The notes under the pieces were generated by a model. That model did not search any database. It saw only the letters and a program-made list of their open reading frames with translations, and was not told the DNA's origin. A DNA stretch of 64,000 nucleotides from Malacoraja senta (taxonomy: Eukaryota): NCBI GenBank assembly GCA_038087875.1, contig CM075991.1, forward strand, positions 2,356,001 through 2,420,000, given 5' to 3'. This document shows, one piece after another, positions 61,070 to 64,000 of the stretch. The translations under genes were made by a program, and so were the position numbers. Position 1 is the first letter of the stretch. Each line of letters opens with the position of its first letter.

Positions 61070-62280
61070 AACACACATCATGAAATCTCTGGAGAGGCTG
61101 GTGCTCACTCACCTGCGTCTCCTGGTTAAACCCTACCTGGACCCCCTGCAGTTCGCTTACCAAACAAAGATGGGGGTTGAGGACGCTATCATCCACCTAT
61201 ATTGTCCTATGCTCACCTGGATAAGCCGGGAAGCATTGAGTCATGTTTTAGACTACTCCAGTGCTTTTAACACCATCCGTCCACCACTGCTAAGCAGCAA
61301 ACTGACGAAGATGCTCCATTGGTGTCCTGGATCACCAACTACCTGACTTGACAGAACTGTGTCTCGGACATGGTAATGAGTAACACAGGGACCCCACAGG
61401 GAACGGTCCTCTCTCCCTTCCTGTTCACAATCGACACCTCGGACTACAGATATAACTCGGACTCCTGCCACCTGCAGAAGTTTTCAGATGACTGCCATTG
61501 TGGGTGCATCAGTGAGGGGAGGGAAGCTGAATACAGAGGTGTGTGTAGTCAACTACTTTGTTTAATGGTGTGAGCTGAATCACCTGCAGCTAAGGTGCTA
61601 AAGAGTAAGGAATTAATGGTGGACTTCAGGAGGAAAGGAACACCTCTGCCACCTGTCTCGATCAATGGTGTGGATGTGTAGTTTACAAGGGAGTACAGAT
61701 GCCTTGGAGCGTACCTGGACTGGTCCAGGAACGCTGAAGCCCTGTACAAGGGACAGAGCCGGCTGTACTATTTGAGATGGCTCAGCTCCTTCACCGTCTG
61801 CAGTAAGATGCTGCAGATGTTCTACCAATCGGTGGTAGCCAGTGCCATCTTCTTCGCTGCCGTGTGTTTGGGCAGCACGGCAAACACCAATAGAATGAAC
61901 AAACATATCAGGAAGGCTGGCTCCGTCCTGGGGGCGGAGTTGGATTCACGGGAGGTTGGTCTTGGAGGGGAGGATGCTCCTCAAACTGCAGAGCATCCTG
62001 GACAATACAGCTCACCCCCTCCATGACACACCTGAGGAGTACCTTCAGCAAGACTGGTTCCACCAAGATGCAGCACAGAACGCCACAGATCATTCTTTCC
62101 TGTGGCTATTAACCTGTACAACTCCTCTCCCTTCTATCACAGGGTACTGAGACTGACGCTCCCCAATCTTTTCCACTCGTCAGTTTAATTTCATCTTTCC
62201 TCTCTTTGTGTTTTTTTATGTTTTTATGACTCAGATCAATTTCCTTCTGCGATAAATAAAGTTCTATCGTATCGTATCGT
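61070..62280 (+). mobile_element. Rex1/Babar LINE, RT to 3' end, degenerate
   Basis: MKSLERLVL..LDPLQFAYQ..VEDAI..DYSSAFNTI..GTPQGTVLSPFLF..QKFSDD; AATAAAGTTC(TATCG)n tail. Confidence 0.87.
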
Positions 62281-63961
62281 AAAAGCGGCAGGTAGCTGAA
62301 ATGTTATGTCAAGGCATACGAGAAACATTCGATTTATCTGGGCGCAGGGGCAATGTGGAATGGGCTTGCACCATCATAAAATAAACTTTAAACACTGTCA
62401 CGCATTTTACAATCCTTGAGCAGACTTTAATATAAAACTATTTACTCGTTGGTTTGTTATTTATTCAATATAGTGCAGAAACCATCAGAATGAAAAATTG
62501 AGAATTTTGCGCACAGTAAAATTTGATGACGCTCAAGTGGGTGCCGAAAAGATTGAAGGATCTTGCCTGGATTGGCAAGTGATAAAAGATTGGAGAGGCT
62601 TGGCCTGTTTTCTCTGGAGCAAAGGAGGCTGAGATAGCTTAATTTATGAGTGGCGTACATGGGGAAGGCAGGTAGATGTTTCCCCAAGTAGGGAATAGGT
62701 TTAGGTATGAAGGGGATCTGAGGGGTAGATTTTTCACGCAAAGAATATTTGTTATTTAGAATGAGCTGCCAAAGATGGTGGAAGAGGAAGGAACATTCAA
62801 GATGTATTTGGACAGTATTTTAATGAGCAGGGCATAGAGATATATAGAATGAATGCAGACAATTCATCCCCAGAGCTATAGCTGCTCTGAACCGGCCCTG
62901 CTGAGTGCCCCCCTCATGAACTGTCTCCCTCGGATGGTCACGTCGCACATCGACCCGGCACAGACCTATTTGCACTTTATACTGTTTTACTGGGGTTTTT
63001 TAAATCTTGTTTTTCTGAGTGTCTAAATTTGTAGTTAATTAAGTTATTACATCGGATGGAAGCTGCATACCAAATCTCGTTGTACCTCTGTGCAATGACA
63101 ATAAAATATATCATTATTATTATTATTTAGATAGTCATGGTCAGGATAACTGCAGTGGGCTGAGGGCCTTTTTATGATGTGCAACTCTGTTTCAATGTAT
63201 ATTGGTTACAGACAGCAAACATTTCAACTCCAATGTGGAAAGTCAATAAACGGTAGATATTGAAAAATGAAAAGAAAATGCTGGAAACTGCCAGGTCAGG
63301 CAGTGTCTGTGGAAAAGGAATCCAAGTTAACATTTCAGATCAGAGAACCCTTTGTCAGTTTCCAGCATTTTCTGGTTTTAATTTCAGTTGTTAGTATTCA
63401 CAAATGAACAGCTATCTTTGTTCAGATCTCTGGTGCTGTCTGTGTGGCATTTGCATATTCTCTGCAACCATCTGGGTTTCCTCGAGCTGTTTGGTTTCAT
63501 TCCCAAGATGTACTGGCTATAAATTACCCCGAATATACATAGCTGGTGGGAGAATCAGGAGGATGTTAATCGACACAAAAGAGAAACCAGGTTGCACAAA
63601 ATAGTGGGGGTATGGAAAACATATAAAACTACAATGCGGCAAGCAGAAAATACCTGCTTCAAGCTGAAGCTCAATTCTTCAAGAAAAAAACCTGTTTCAA
63701 ACTATTGTGCGCAGTTTTGGTCTCCCAATTTGAGGAAGGACATTCTTGCTATTGAGGGAGTGCAGCGTAGGTTCACAAGGTTAATTCCCAGGATGGTGGG
63801 ACTGTCGTATGTTGATAGAATGGAGTGGCTGGGCTTGTATACTCTGGAATTTAGAAGGATGAGAGGATATCTTATTGAAACATACAAGATTATTCATGCT
63901 AGAGGCAGGAAACATGTTCCCGATGTTGGGGAGTCCAGAACCAGGGGCCACAGTTTAATAA

Positions 63962-64000
63962 AGGGCCTGTCCCACTTGGGCGCCATTTGCGCGTCACGCA
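63962..64000. mobile_element. Left TIR of a Harbinger-type MITE, running off the window
   Basis: TAA|AGGGCCTGTCCCACTTGGGCGCCATTTGCGCGTCAC, same family as 18725. Confidence 0.75.

Overview
Eukaryotic, repeat-saturated genomic DNA, most likely a cartilaginous fish (skate/ray). That assignment rests on HE1/V-SINE-like tRNA SINEs, CR1 (HER1-like) LINEs and abundant Penelope-derived repeats recognised from memory, not from a search. No host gene can be named; at most one or two isolated exon candidates are present. The window is mostly nested transposable elements: (i) a 3.6-kb Helitron with a decayed Pif1-family helicase (1446-5063, minus strand); (ii) a ~10.3-kb span bounded by ~730-bp inverted repeats built partly from ~147-bp units (5276-15553), holding an AFC-like SINE, a CR1 and, inside the CR1, a 4.9-kb L1 with a 15-bp TSD; (iii) a non-autonomous Helitron whose 5' terminus has expanded into a (GATA)n array and taken up three CR1 insertions (25975-31598); (iv) many CR1, Rex1/Babar, Tx1 and Penelope fragments, Harbinger-type MITEs and a probable solo LTR. 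Short Penelope-pLTR-derived elements carrying a minimal hammerhead-ribozyme motif recur throughout, often as fold-back pairs with 13-15-bp TSDs. There is one 200-N assembly gap. Most listed ORFs are antisense shadows or low-complexity artefacts. Family names are from pattern recognition and motifs only.
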